Below are positions 24,698 to 33,800 of a stretch of DNA of 35,404 nucleotides, in pieces. Under the pieces are notes generated by a model that did not search any database, was not told where the DNA came from, and was given only the letters and a program-made list of their open reading frames with translations. The stretch's first letter is position 1. Every line of letters starts with the position of its first letter. Position numbers and translations under genes: made by a program. This DNA comes from a virus (lineage: Duplodnaviria; Caudoviricetes), in the IMG/VR virus record IMGVR_UViG_3300012667_000122, positions 1 through 35,404 of that record; one strand, written 5' to 3'.

Positions 24698-26209
24698 CTA
24701 GTCTTTAGTCTTTGTCATTGTTTGGCCAGTCAAGCCATTAATATAAGTGCTGCCAACTGGCAATTTCTTATAGTCTGCACTCTTGTCAGTAAATATTACT
24801 GGCATGAACTGTGGAACTGGTACTTGCTCTGGCGCTGTATATCCACGATCTTCTGTTAGGCCACCAGCTCTCCTGCGTGATGCAACAATTTGATTTTGCA
24901 TAGCAACAGCTTTTGCATTAATATCACGAATTTTTTGCAATGATCTAACAGCATCTTGTGTGCTACGAGCATTTGTAAGCTCATTTGCAGCACGAACTGC
25001 ATCACCCTCAGTTTGAGTACCCTTGTTAAGACGTAATGTGTCATTAACAAGTTTAGTTTTAAACTGATTAAAATCGTTGTATGCAAGAACTTCTGGATCA
25101 GTTGAGCCAAGTGCAGATGCCGTAGCTAATTGAACATTCTTGACTGGACTAAAATTAATCTTAGAATTAATTAAAGATTTTATTTGTGAATCAACTTGGC
25201 TTGCTAAATTAGCAGACTCATAAGCAGCAGTAATATTTTCGCCTTCCATTTTAAGAGCGCCAGCAGGTAACACTTTTTGAGCTTTATTTGCATTAGCAAT
25301 ATCACGAGATGCTTGAGCATTGATTGCGTTAGATCTAGCAATATCTAAGCTTGCGCTTTGGTATGCTTTAGTTTGTGCTAAAGAAGCTTCACGAGCTGCA
25401 TCATCTTTAATTCTGTTGGCATAGGTTTCATCCATCTTACCAAGCTCAATAATGCGTTTTTCAGCAGTATCTTGATCAATCTGACCAGAGGCATATGATT
25501 TTTTATAAGTTTCAGCTAACTTTTGTACAGTTGGTGATTGTGATCCAACAGCAAACATATCAAAAGGATTATCTTGTTGTCCAGCCATCTGCACCATGCC
25601 AGCCTTACGAAGTGCTGGAATAGTTTCTGCAATATTTTTGTATGCAGCCAATGGATCTTTAGATAACGCAGCAATACGTTGAGCTGTGCCAATGTCTAAT
25701 TCTGTACGAGCTGGAGTAACCAACTGACGAGTAGGATCTGGCATCACTTGTTGCAAACCAAACTCAGGAGCAACAGCGCCTTCTGCTGCAGGTTTAGGAA
25801 TATTGTAAGGTTGACCTTGAACCTCTTGGTAAACTGGCGCAGTTGTTTTAAATAGTTGTGGTGTAAGTGTTTCAATCTCTTGCTGTCTACGCAAATCACG
25901 TTCTTGAATTGCTTTTTGACGATTCATCTCATCAATCTTAGCCTTTGTTTGGTAGTCTTCAACTGCACCAGAATAAACACCTTGAGCGCCTTGAATGCCA
26001 GCTTGTGCAGCACCAGCCAAGATACGACCTAGTCCTAAGTTTTGATTCTTAGGCATCGCTGCATAACCAATTAACGCATTAACTAAGCCAGTACCAATTG
26101 AGCGTTTACGCAAATCTTCTGTTTGTTGTGCGCCAAGTAAACCTTCCATGTAAGAAGGCGGTGTAGTGCCTAAAGCGCTACCTAATAAATCTAATAATCC
26201 GTTTGCCAT
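24698..26209 (-). CDS. DNA ejection / internal virion protein (gp20-like position)
   Basis: A/Q-rich helical protein, G.QTEGD motif, position in the module. Confidence 0.65.
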   Translation of the reverse strand: MANGLLDLLGSALGTTPPSYMEGLLGAQQTEDLRKRSIGTGLVNALIGYAAMPKNQNLGLGRILAGAAQAGIQGAQGVYSGAVEDYQTKAKIDEMNRQKAIQERDLRRQQEIETLTPQLFKTTAPVYQEVQGQPYNIPKPAAEGAVAPEFGLQQVMPDPTRQLVTPARTELDIGTAQRIAALSKDPLAAYKNIAETIPALRKAGMVQMAGQQDNPFDMFAVGSQSPTVQKLAETYKKSYASGQIDQDTAEKRIIELGKMDETYANRIKDDAAREASLAQTKAYQSASLDIARSNAINAQASRDIANANKAQKVLPAGALKMEGENITAAYESANLASQVDSQIKSLINSKINFSPVKNVQLATASALGSTDPEVLAYNDFNQFKTKLVNDTLRLNKGTQTEGDAVRAANELTNARSTQDAVRSLQKIRDINAKAVAMQNQIVASRRRAGGLTEDRGYTAPEQVPVPQFMPVIFTDKSADYKKLPVGSTYINGLTGQTMTKTKD

Positions 26210-26218
26210 TTTATTTCC

Positions 26219-26881
26219 TTACAATAGAGAGATACGTCTTTGTTCACGAGGCTTCATACTTGCTAATAATGCCATAACGTCTGTGCCTTGTGGAGCTTGT
26301 CCACGAGATATTCCGCCAGATGGTGCTGTAGGCATCTGTGGGCGCTGATTAAATCTGTCATAAATATTAGCTGCGCCAGATAAATTTTGTACGTTAGCGT
26401 AAGGTTTCATCTTATCAAATAAAGATGGAGATGCTGCCATAATGTCTGTACCAGCACCTGTTGCATATTGACCAAGATTTGAGATACCAGCACCACCTTG
26501 TGCAGCAGATACAGGATCAAATCCAAAAAGTCCAGCACCTGCATTAGATAATTGAACGCCTGTTCCAGTAGCGCCACCAATGCCAGTACCTGCACCAATT
26601 CCAGATGCAAGATTTGAACCTTGCAGTACAGTTGGAAGTGTGCTTGATGCAGCCACATCACCTAAAGCAATTCCAGTTCCGCCAGCAGCAGTTCCAGCTC
26701 CAGTAGATAATCCAGCACTTGTGCCTGCAGCAGCAGCTTGGCCACCACCCCACGCACCAGCAGCTCCGCCAGTACCACCAATTGCAGCCCCTAGTGCAGC
26801 AGTCTTTAATGGATCATTGCCAGTCAGTAGGCCACCAAGTGCGCCTACGCCAGCGCCAATCAGAAGTGGTGTCCAAAACAT
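26219..26881 (-). CDS. Gly/Ala-rich ejection (pilot) protein
   Basis: GAGVGALGG..DPLK.AALGAAIGG glycine zipper. Confidence 0.65.
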   Translation of the reverse strand: MFWTPLLIGAGVGALGGLLTGNDPLKTAALGAAIGGTGGAAGAWGGGQAAAAGTSAGLSTGAGTAAGGTGIALGDVAASSTLPTVLQGSNLASGIGAGTGIGGATGTGVQLSNAGAGLFGFDPVSAAQGGAGISNLGQYATGAGTDIMAASPSLFDKMKPYANVQNLSGAANIYDRFNQRPQMPTAPSGGISRGQAPQGTDVMALLASMKPREQRRISLL

Positions 26882-26882
26882 A

Positions 26883-27998
26883 TTAAGCCCCTTTCAACTT
26901 GCCAACTAAGTAGCAAGCAGGTTCAATGATTGCACGATAGATGCGGCCTAGTGTGTCACGCTTACCGTGTTTTTGTTTCCAGATGTCTGCAGTACGATGA
27001 CGAGCAATGTGTTCAAGTACGTTACGAACTGCTGTACGGATAAAGTTTTGATTCTTAGCGTAAGCAAAGAAAATGATTGGCATGAAGACTGTATGATAAC
27101 CTTTCTCATATGCTGGATGCAAGTCTTTAGATTGTGCAAGCCAGATTTTTTGACGGAAGCTACCGAAGCCATATACATGGTTCATTGCAGTACATACGAT
27201 CTTGCCACCACCAGATTGAGTAGTAGTTGATACAGAGCCTTGTGGAGCGCCATAAACGCTTGACAAGAATGTTTGTAACTTGGCATATGGTTTGTTTTGC
27301 TCAAAGTTAAAGCGATCAATATCAGCTTGCAATGCAGTCTTACCATACTCTTCTTGAGCCTGACCAGTTTGCAATAATTGATTAATGTCGTAGTAATCAG
27401 CTTGTGCCAATGTTGGTGCGTATTGAGCTGCCTGATTTTGCATAGAACGCTCGTTAGCATAGTTTTGGTATGCAAGGTCACCGTACTTGTTAGCTAATGT
27501 GTTAGCAAGCGATGTCGCTGCACGATTTTGTAAGTCAGCAGATACGTTTGAACCGTAACGGCCAGCCATAGATGAAGCGCCTTGAGCTTTAGCAATTGCA
27601 TCATTATAAACTTGGGTAGCACCCTGAGATGCGCCAGCCAATGCACGTTCAAAGTATGGATTGTTTTCTAGGTAAGCACCCTCAATTACATCTTGTTGCT
27701 GACGTTGGGCTGCAGGTAGCATTGGATTGCCAGCCATCGCACGATTCTGTGCTGCCCTTAACGCATCCTGTGTTTGCTGTGAAGCGCCTACATATGTTTG
27801 ACCGCCATAATATTCTGGCGCATCTGTTTGGTAAAGCTTCTGAGCTTCTGTGAGGCCGTATCTAACATATGGCTTGAGCAAAGGATCAATGCCTTGCTGT
27901 GTTTGTGAACTACCACCGCCACCACCGCCTTTAAACTTTTTACTTTGTTCAGCCCATGAATTAGCATTGCCATGCAAAATTGGATTGTAATGTTTCAT
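26883..27998 (-). CDS. Ejection protein (P22 gp7-like) with an extra C-terminal domain
   Basis: Leader then KGGGGGG, Q/A-rich body with NPY and GRYGS, then a GGGKIVCT domain. Confidence 0.7.
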   Translation of the reverse strand: MKHYNPILHGNANSWAEQSKKFKGGGGGGSSQTQQGIDPLLKPYVRYGLTEAQKLYQTDAPEYYGGQTYVGASQQTQDALRAAQNRAMAGNPMLPAAQRQQQDVIEGAYLENNPYFERALAGASQGATQVYNDAIAKAQGASSMAGRYGSNVSADLQNRAATSLANTLANKYGDLAYQNYANERSMQNQAAQYAPTLAQADYYDINQLLQTGQAQEEYGKTALQADIDRFNFEQNKPYAKLQTFLSSVYGAPQGSVSTTTQSGGGKIVCTAMNHVYGFGSFRQKIWLAQSKDLHPAYEKGYHTVFMPIIFFAYAKNQNFIRTAVRNVLEHIARHRTADIWKQKHGKRDTLGRIYRAIIEPACYLVGKLKGA

Positions 27999-28405
27999 GA
28001 TATTTTGTACTCCACGATTATGTACCTATTCTCAAATCCAAGCTTTCTTTTCCAAAGCCTAGCAACTGATTCAAAAGCTGCACCTTGTACCTTAGTGCCG
28101 CCACTTGCCTTCACCCAGTCTTTAAACTGATTAAATGCGTTTACGTCTGTCTTACCGCCTATTCCTGTCATGAACGCTATACGCTCATTAGGATGGTTGA
28201 TCCACTCAACTGTAAATGCTGTCTGGATCTTCTCATTTTCATCAACTAAAACTAATAATACCTGTCTGCCTTCAACTAGCATTACTTTTAACTGATCTAG
28301 GTTATACTCGCCAGCAGAATGCACCATCGCACTTGCCAGCATATGTTCTACTTCACCCCAAGTCTGTTGTATGTGAGTAGATGGAACTATTCTTAAATTT
28401 AACAT
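27995..28405 (-). CDS. GNAT-like virion assembly protein (P22 gp14 / T7 gp13 position)
   Basis: Size, position and ARLW...GF motif. Confidence 0.55.
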   Translation of the reverse strand: MLNLRIVPSTHIQQTWGEVEHMLASAMVHSAGEYNLDQLKVMLVEGRQVLLVLVDENEKIQTAFTVEWINHPNERIAFMTGIGGKTDVNAFNQFKDWVKASGGTKVQGAAFESVARLWKRKLGFENRYIIVEYKIS

Positions 28406-29205
28406 TATCCTACAACTAAGTATTTGTAAGTCTTATCTGCAGTATCGTTAGCAAAGTGACTGATTACAGCAGAGCCTTTTGTTTGCGAACTAATGTAAAC
28501 ATTATCACTAGATAATGGTGCAATGTACTGCATAGTTACGATGGCAGCAGGAATAGCAGGTCTAGGTATTACTGCATCCGCAGGATATGACTCTAAAGCA
28601 ACCAATGTGCTAGATGTAGTACCTGCAACTTCAACATAGTCACCAGCCTGTAATTCTACAAATATATTTACTGTGCCAACTACATGACTCCAGTCTGTGG
28701 ATGATTTTCTAGCTGGAATGTCAAATCGACTTGCGCTTCTAGGTACGTCTGTACCATTTACCCTAAACCATACGTCAGCATATTGAGCTACGTTATCTTG
28801 GTTTACTAACTGCAATGAGAACTGTACGTTATAAATTCCATAGTTGCGTACATATAAACGTGATGAGCTTTCTAAATAAACACCACTAGACTCTTCAGTC
28901 GTGTCATAAACAACAACAGCAGTAGAACCTACGCTTGGTGCTGTTTGGTCTGTGTTGTTACTAAATGATCCATAAGGAGCTGCATCACTTTCTGCCGCAT
29001 CAGTAGATGGTGATAACAAGATAATTGAGTCATAACCAATACGCTCATTATAGATTGTGGTAGTTGTAGCCCAACCTGTGTCTAAGGTAACGTAACCAAC
29101 ATTATTTGACTTGCCATCTAATAAATTGTTCACTACCTCAGAGATCTCACGAGCCTCTGCTCCAGCAGGATTAAGTTTTCTGTATTGTGAGTTTACAACA
29201 GTCAT
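28405..29205 (-). CDS. Tail protein (gp26/needle-like position) with an inserted beta domain
   Basis: REISEVVN.L.DGK.NN.G N-terminus; beta-rich insert at about aa 77-230. Confidence 0.6.
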   Translation of the reverse strand: MTVVNSQYRKLNPAGAEAREISEVVNNLLDGKSNNVGYVTLDTGWATTTTIYNERIGYDSIILLSPSTDAAESDAAPYGSFSNNTDQTAPSVGSTAVVVYDTTEESSGVYLESSSRLYVRNYGIYNVQFSLQLVNQDNVAQYADVWFRVNGTDVPRSASRFDIPARKSSTDWSHVVGTVNIFVELQAGDYVEVAGTTSSTLVALESYPADAVIPRPAIPAAIVTMQYIAPLSSDNVYISSQTKGSAVISHFANDTADKTYKYLVVG

Positions 29206-31259
29206 TAACGAGTACCTTGTTGAGTAACTTCAACGTCAATTCCAATTGCATTAGACCATTGAGAGCCAGTAGGAATCAAAGATAAACGATGATATTTTCC
29301 GCTACTCCGCAATGATACCCTATTTTCACTTGATGCAGGTACATAACTTCCAAGCTGAGGTGTTTGATCTAAAAGAGTTCTTGATGCAATAGCAATGCTT
29401 CCTGATCCGTTGTCTACGATTGGTCTAGCCAATGTAACTACAGTAGTAGCCTCAGATCCAATGTCACCTGTCTGCAACTGTGCTGTAGCATTAGCGCCAG
29501 TAAACGTCACAATTCTGTCATCACGAACGCCAGCAAACAATAACTTACCGCCAGCCCACAAACCTGAGTCTAGTGATGATTGCAATGTATCTAAAGTACG
29601 ATCAGCAGACTGAGATGCTGCCAAGTCAACTGCAGTACCAGTACCGCTACCAACACCAGTAGCAGTAAACCTAACGCCTACCTTGCTTTCAACAGCACCA
29701 ATGGCTTGAAAGTCTGTGCTTCCTACTGCTGTAATTGTGTATTGCTTACCTACAACAAAAGAACCTGCAGTCACATTATAGTTAGAGTCTAAACCCTCTA
29801 GCGTAGTACCAGCAGATGCAGTATTAGCAATGTAATCTACATCGGTATCAGCATAAGACCACTTATCAATTTGCCAGTTGTAAATTAATAGTGAGTTTCC
29901 ACCAAAGATATTAATGAAATCCCATACTACAATCTTACGAATAGGATCAACAGATGCAGACATTTTTGAGAATAGAGAAGGGTTAGCATTGCTAAAGAAC
30001 CAATTGTCTACCTTCTGTGTGCCAATAGGCTTTAATGTTTGACCATCGCATGAGTAAAAACCATCCTCACCCAAGAAGTAGGTAATGTTTGCATTCTGTG
30101 TAACTGAGTTGCCTTCAATACATCCAACACCACGAGCAATTGTGTCAAATTGGAAGAAGTAAGGTGATCCAATGTAAGTCATGCGAACAATGGCACGATC
30201 TAGCAAGATCAAGCCAAACTCCCCACCTGTCACCCCATGAATGTTGCCCCCATCGGCCACGATCTGGAAATCGGACTGGCTTGCGCCACCAGAAATCCAG
30301 TCAGTAAAGTCATTAATATCACACCATTGCACCTTGTTAGGATTTGTGCCGTTATCTAAATTAGCAGCAACAACAAAATCACGAACTACTGCAATGTATT
30401 CAGCTACAGGAGCGTTAGGAGATGCATCGCCAAAGTATGAGCTTTGTCCTAGCGTGTATGATTGAATTTTATTTTCGTTATTGGCAGCCAATATTGATCC
30501 ACCAAACTGAATGAAATTCCACTTATCAATAGTTGAATAACCTTCAGCAATAACTGTGCCTGTTGCACTAGCGCTTGCAATTCCTTTATAAACAGTTCCA
30601 GTTGCAGCAGCACTTGGTATGTTTGAATTAGTTAGTGCATAAGAAAATGTATCTGTTGTTACTGCAGTAATTGTATAGCTACCATCAAAAACATTATTGC
30701 TGGCATCTACAGTTACATAATCACCAATAGAATACCCATGAGCAGCAGATGTAATTATCGCTACATTAGAAGTAAGTTCTACGTTTGTGATGGTTTTTGC
30801 TGTTGAGTATGTTTTAGCGTATGTAAATGTAGTTGTTGTAGGCGTACCTGTAATAACGTAAGCGCCATCAAAAGTATTATTGCTTGCATCTACAGTAACT
30901 GAGTCACCTGTGCTATAGCCGTGAGCTAAAGCAGTTGTAATAGTGGCTACATTAGATGTTAATGCTACGTTTGTAATAGTACGATCTACGCTTTTAGATA
31001 CGTCATCTAAACTTAAATCTGATGAGTCAAATCTAAATAGCTTAGATGTACCACCTGCAAAGATGGTAGTAGTAGAGCTAAATCGGCCAGCAAATACATT
31101 GTTAAGGTTTTCACTTGCGCTTGCAGAATAGTTTACTGCCGTAGGAATTGGAATAAATCCTACTGCTGCAGGAATTACGTTATTAGCAATAGAAAGGTTC
31201 TCAACAATGCTAGGCTGGTCAGGAGTCCATTCCGTAAATGTTATGCGTTGAGTTGCCAT
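29205..31259 (-). CDS. Tail nozzle / stabilization protein (P22 gp10-like)
   Basis: EWTPDQP, W.F.QFG, VVRDFVV, GGEFG and EDGFY.CDG beta-propeller-type motifs. Confidence 0.75.
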   Translation of the reverse strand: MATQRITFTEWTPDQPSIVENLSIANNVIPAAVGFIPIPTAVNYSASASENLNNVFAGRFSSTTTIFAGGTSKLFRFDSSDLSLDDVSKSVDRTITNVALTSNVATITTALAHGYSTGDSVTVDASNNTFDGAYVITGTPTTTTFTYAKTYSTAKTITNVELTSNVAIITSAAHGYSIGDYVTVDASNNVFDGSYTITAVTTDTFSYALTNSNIPSAAATGTVYKGIASASATGTVIAEGYSTIDKWNFIQFGGSILAANNENKIQSYTLGQSSYFGDASPNAPVAEYIAVVRDFVVAANLDNGTNPNKVQWCDINDFTDWISGGASQSDFQIVADGGNIHGVTGGEFGLILLDRAIVRMTYIGSPYFFQFDTIARGVGCIEGNSVTQNANITYFLGEDGFYSCDGQTLKPIGTQKVDNWFFSNANPSLFSKMSASVDPIRKIVVWDFINIFGGNSLLIYNWQIDKWSYADTDVDYIANTASAGTTLEGLDSNYNVTAGSFVVGKQYTITAVGSTDFQAIGAVESKVGVRFTATGVGSGTGTAVDLAASQSADRTLDTLQSSLDSGLWAGGKLLFAGVRDDRIVTFTGANATAQLQTGDIGSEATTVVTLARPIVDNGSGSIAIASRTLLDQTPQLGSYVPASSENRVSLRSSGKYHRLSLIPTGSQWSNAIGIDVEVTQQGTR

Positions 31260-31267
31260 TTTTATCC

Positions 31268-32713
31268 TTAACTAAATACTACGGCATTGATGTTTGAATG
31301 ATCTGAATTTACCCCATCAGATGCTTCAGTTAATAATACAAAGCTTCTTGTTGTATTTGAATAACCTGCATTAAGTGATGCTTGACCACCTGTGCCAGTA
31401 GTAATTGTTGAATAATTAGCATCAGGCATTGCTGTTATAAAATTAACAATATATTGACCTGTTGCAATTCTTGATACGCAACTAATGTTTTTAGCATTTA
31501 CAATATTACGCAATTCTAATGTAACATTACCGCCAGTTGATGCTGAAGCTCTTGTTACGTTAAATGTATTTGCATCGGTTACTGAATCAACAGTAAATAC
31601 TGCATCACCAGCAGTTCCAGACGTAAAGTTTAAGAATACTCGATCACCAGCAGTTAATCCATGAGATGTAATTGAAACTACAACTGTAGTTGATGCTGAT
31701 TGTGTATAAGTTCCAGTTTTATTATTTGCCACATTACCATTAAAAAATACAAAAGCACGAGCAGAGTAAGATGGCGCAGAACCTGTAGCTGTTGATAATG
31801 CTGTTGGTGTATATGTACCACTTCCCCATGTATTTGTAGTAGCAGTACCATTTCCTGTACCTACTCCAGTTGCTGTGAATACTACGCCAACTGTATTAGA
31901 AGCTGCGCCAATAGCCATAAAGTCTGTAGCTGTAGAGCCAATTGATGCAATAGTATATTCAGTACCAACTACAAAAGAACCTGCTGTTACTGTAGATGTT
32001 GTGCTAGATACTAAAACATTACCTGCTGTTCCTGCAGGAATAACAGATGGCGATGATATGCCATTACCAACTAATAAGTTATTAGCTTTTAATGTGCTTG
32101 CGCCTGTTCCACCATGAATAACTGATACAACACCACTAATATTTGAAGCAGCTACATATGATGAGCTTGTGACTGTACCTGTGTCTGCTGTACTTGGGTA
32201 ATCAGTACCTGTTTGAGCATAAGTAAATGTAGTGCTTGTAGGTACGCTTGCAATAGTAAATGAACCATTTACGCTTGTATTTGTTACGGCAGCAACTGTA
32301 ATATTGTCATTAACTAAATATCCATGCGCTGCTGACGTAGTAATCGTTACTACGTTTGTAGCACGACCAACATTTGTAATGGTACGTTGAGCAACAAAAC
32401 CAGTACCGCCTTGAGCAACTGATAATGGTGTTGTAAGCCCACTCAATGAGGTAATGTCTGAGTTAGCACCTGACTTAGCTGCACTCAAATTAGTACGAGC
32501 ATCTGTAGCCGTTTCAGCACCTGTACCACCTGATACAATAGCCAAAGCCTGACCGCTTTCAGAACCAGCTTGCCAGTCCTTTAAGTCAGCCATCAATTCA
32601 CGGATAGCATTATTAATACCTGATGGAGAGCAACCTTCTGCAATATCAATATTGTTAATGTCTGTGTTATTAGCTGGTGTTGCGCTATAATCACTAATCT
32701 TATTTTTTGCCAT
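31268..32713 (-). CDS. Tail fibre / spike protein
   Basis: IAEGCSPSGINNAIRELMA N-terminus, GGTG repeats, ARA.V.FNG...MPDANYS C-terminal domain. Confidence 0.75.
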   Translation of the reverse strand: MAKNKISDYSATPANNTDINNIDIAEGCSPSGINNAIRELMADLKDWQAGSESGQALAIVSGGTGAETATDARTNLSAAKSGANSDITSLSGLTTPLSVAQGGTGFVAQRTITNVGRATNVVTITTSAAHGYLVNDNITVAAVTNTSVNGSFTIASVPTSTTFTYAQTGTDYPSTADTGTVTSSSYVAASNISGVVSVIHGGTGASTLKANNLLVGNGISSPSVIPAGTAGNVLVSSTTSTVTAGSFVVGTEYTIASIGSTATDFMAIGAASNTVGVVFTATGVGTGNGTATTNTWGSGTYTPTALSTATGSAPSYSARAFVFFNGNVANNKTGTYTQSASTTVVVSITSHGLTAGDRVFLNFTSGTAGDAVFTVDSVTDANTFNVTRASASTGGNVTLELRNIVNAKNISCVSRIATGQYIVNFITAMPDANYSTITTGTGGQASLNAGYSNTTRSFVLLTEASDGVNSDHSNINAVVFS

Positions 32714-32716
32714 ATT

Positions 32717-33493
32717 TTATCCCTGTCTATTCCAAGTATTATTGCTAGGTAATGCTGTATTCCATGTATTATTTGATACCGCTATATCTGACCATGTATT
32801 TTGTGACGGTATAGAGCTTGACCACACATTGCTGCTAACAGAAGTATTATTCCATGTACTAGGTATTACAACTACATTGCTCCAATTATCACCTAATTTA
32901 TTTCCATTAGCTATAACTGTAGCTACGCATGAAACAGATCCATAACCGCCAAATATTCCGTTACCATTAGCATTTACATAAGCATAACAATTTACGCTTG
33001 CATCACCAGAATATTCAACGCCACCTAAAGCAGTTACAGTAGCAAAGCCATCAATAGAACCAGATGCAGTTCTAATTCTAGTTGCATCAGATGATACTGT
33101 TGCGCTGGCTGTAATTGAACCTGAGTCAGTTCTAATACGAATCGAGTTAGAAGTAACTGTAGCCGTACCATTTACACTAGCATTTCCAGCATAGATAGCT
33201 GTAGAACTTGCAGAAACGCTCGCTAACGCATTAATTTGACCGCTTGATGTCCTAACCCTAGTTGCATCAGAAGTAACGCTTGCAGAGCCTGTAATTGATG
33301 CTGAATCTAATCTGATTGCATAAGCACTAGCTTCTACTTGAGCATTGGCTGTAATTACTGCACTATCTGTTCGTATTGCATAAGCATTAGCAGTAAGTGT
33401 TGCATCTGCTGTGATAGATGCTGAACCAAAGATTTCTGCTGCTGCTACTAGAGTCGAAAAAGGTACTTGAGCAAAAGCAGCTAATCCAAACAT
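32717..33493 (-). CDS. Repetitive fibre-like structural protein
   Basis: MFG..AFAQ.PF start; about nine 20-aa repeats, then six Trp spaced 10 aa apart. Confidence 0.7.
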   Translation of the reverse strand: MFGLAAFAQVPFSTLVAAAEIFGSASITADATLTANAYAIRTDSAVITANAQVEASAYAIRLDSASITGSASVTSDATRVRTSSGQINALASVSASSTAIYAGNASVNGTATVTSNSIRIRTDSGSITASATVSSDATRIRTASGSIDGFATVTALGGVEYSGDASVNCYAYVNANGNGIFGGYGSVSCVATVIANGNKLGDNWSNVVVIPSTWNNTSVSSNVWSSSIPSQNTWSDIAVSNNTWNTALPSNNTWNRQG

Positions 33494-33502
33494 TATTACT
33501 CC

Positions 33503-33793
33503 TTAGTATTTAGGATAGCGTTGATTAATCTCAGCAATCTTATCTAGCCAATCTTGTTGCGTTTTAGAACCGCGTTGCCATTGAAAGAATATAGGGTCTG
33601 ATTCTTCTTTATAAGCATTAGCCCTTAATTCTTTGTTTAGTTCATTTTCACGAGCAGATTTAACCCACTCTGTGCCATTCCAATCATAAGTATCGTCAGG
33701 TCTTTGAATAGGCACTTCAACAAGTGTATCGCTTACAGGAACATCATCTTCTAGTTCAATGTAAACACCACTTGGTTTAATGTAATATTTCAT
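33503..33793 (-). CDS. Tail fibre assembly chaperone-like protein
   Basis: RP...YDWNGTEW, R.NAY..ESDP.FF and W...I..RYP motifs; start trimmed to ATG 33793. Confidence 0.65.
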   Translation of the reverse strand: MKYYIKPSGVYIELEDDVPVSDTLVEVPIQRPDDTYDWNGTEWVKSARENELNKELRANAYKEESDPIFFQWQRGSKTQQDWLDKIAEINQRYPKY

Positions 33794-33800
33794 GTCAATC

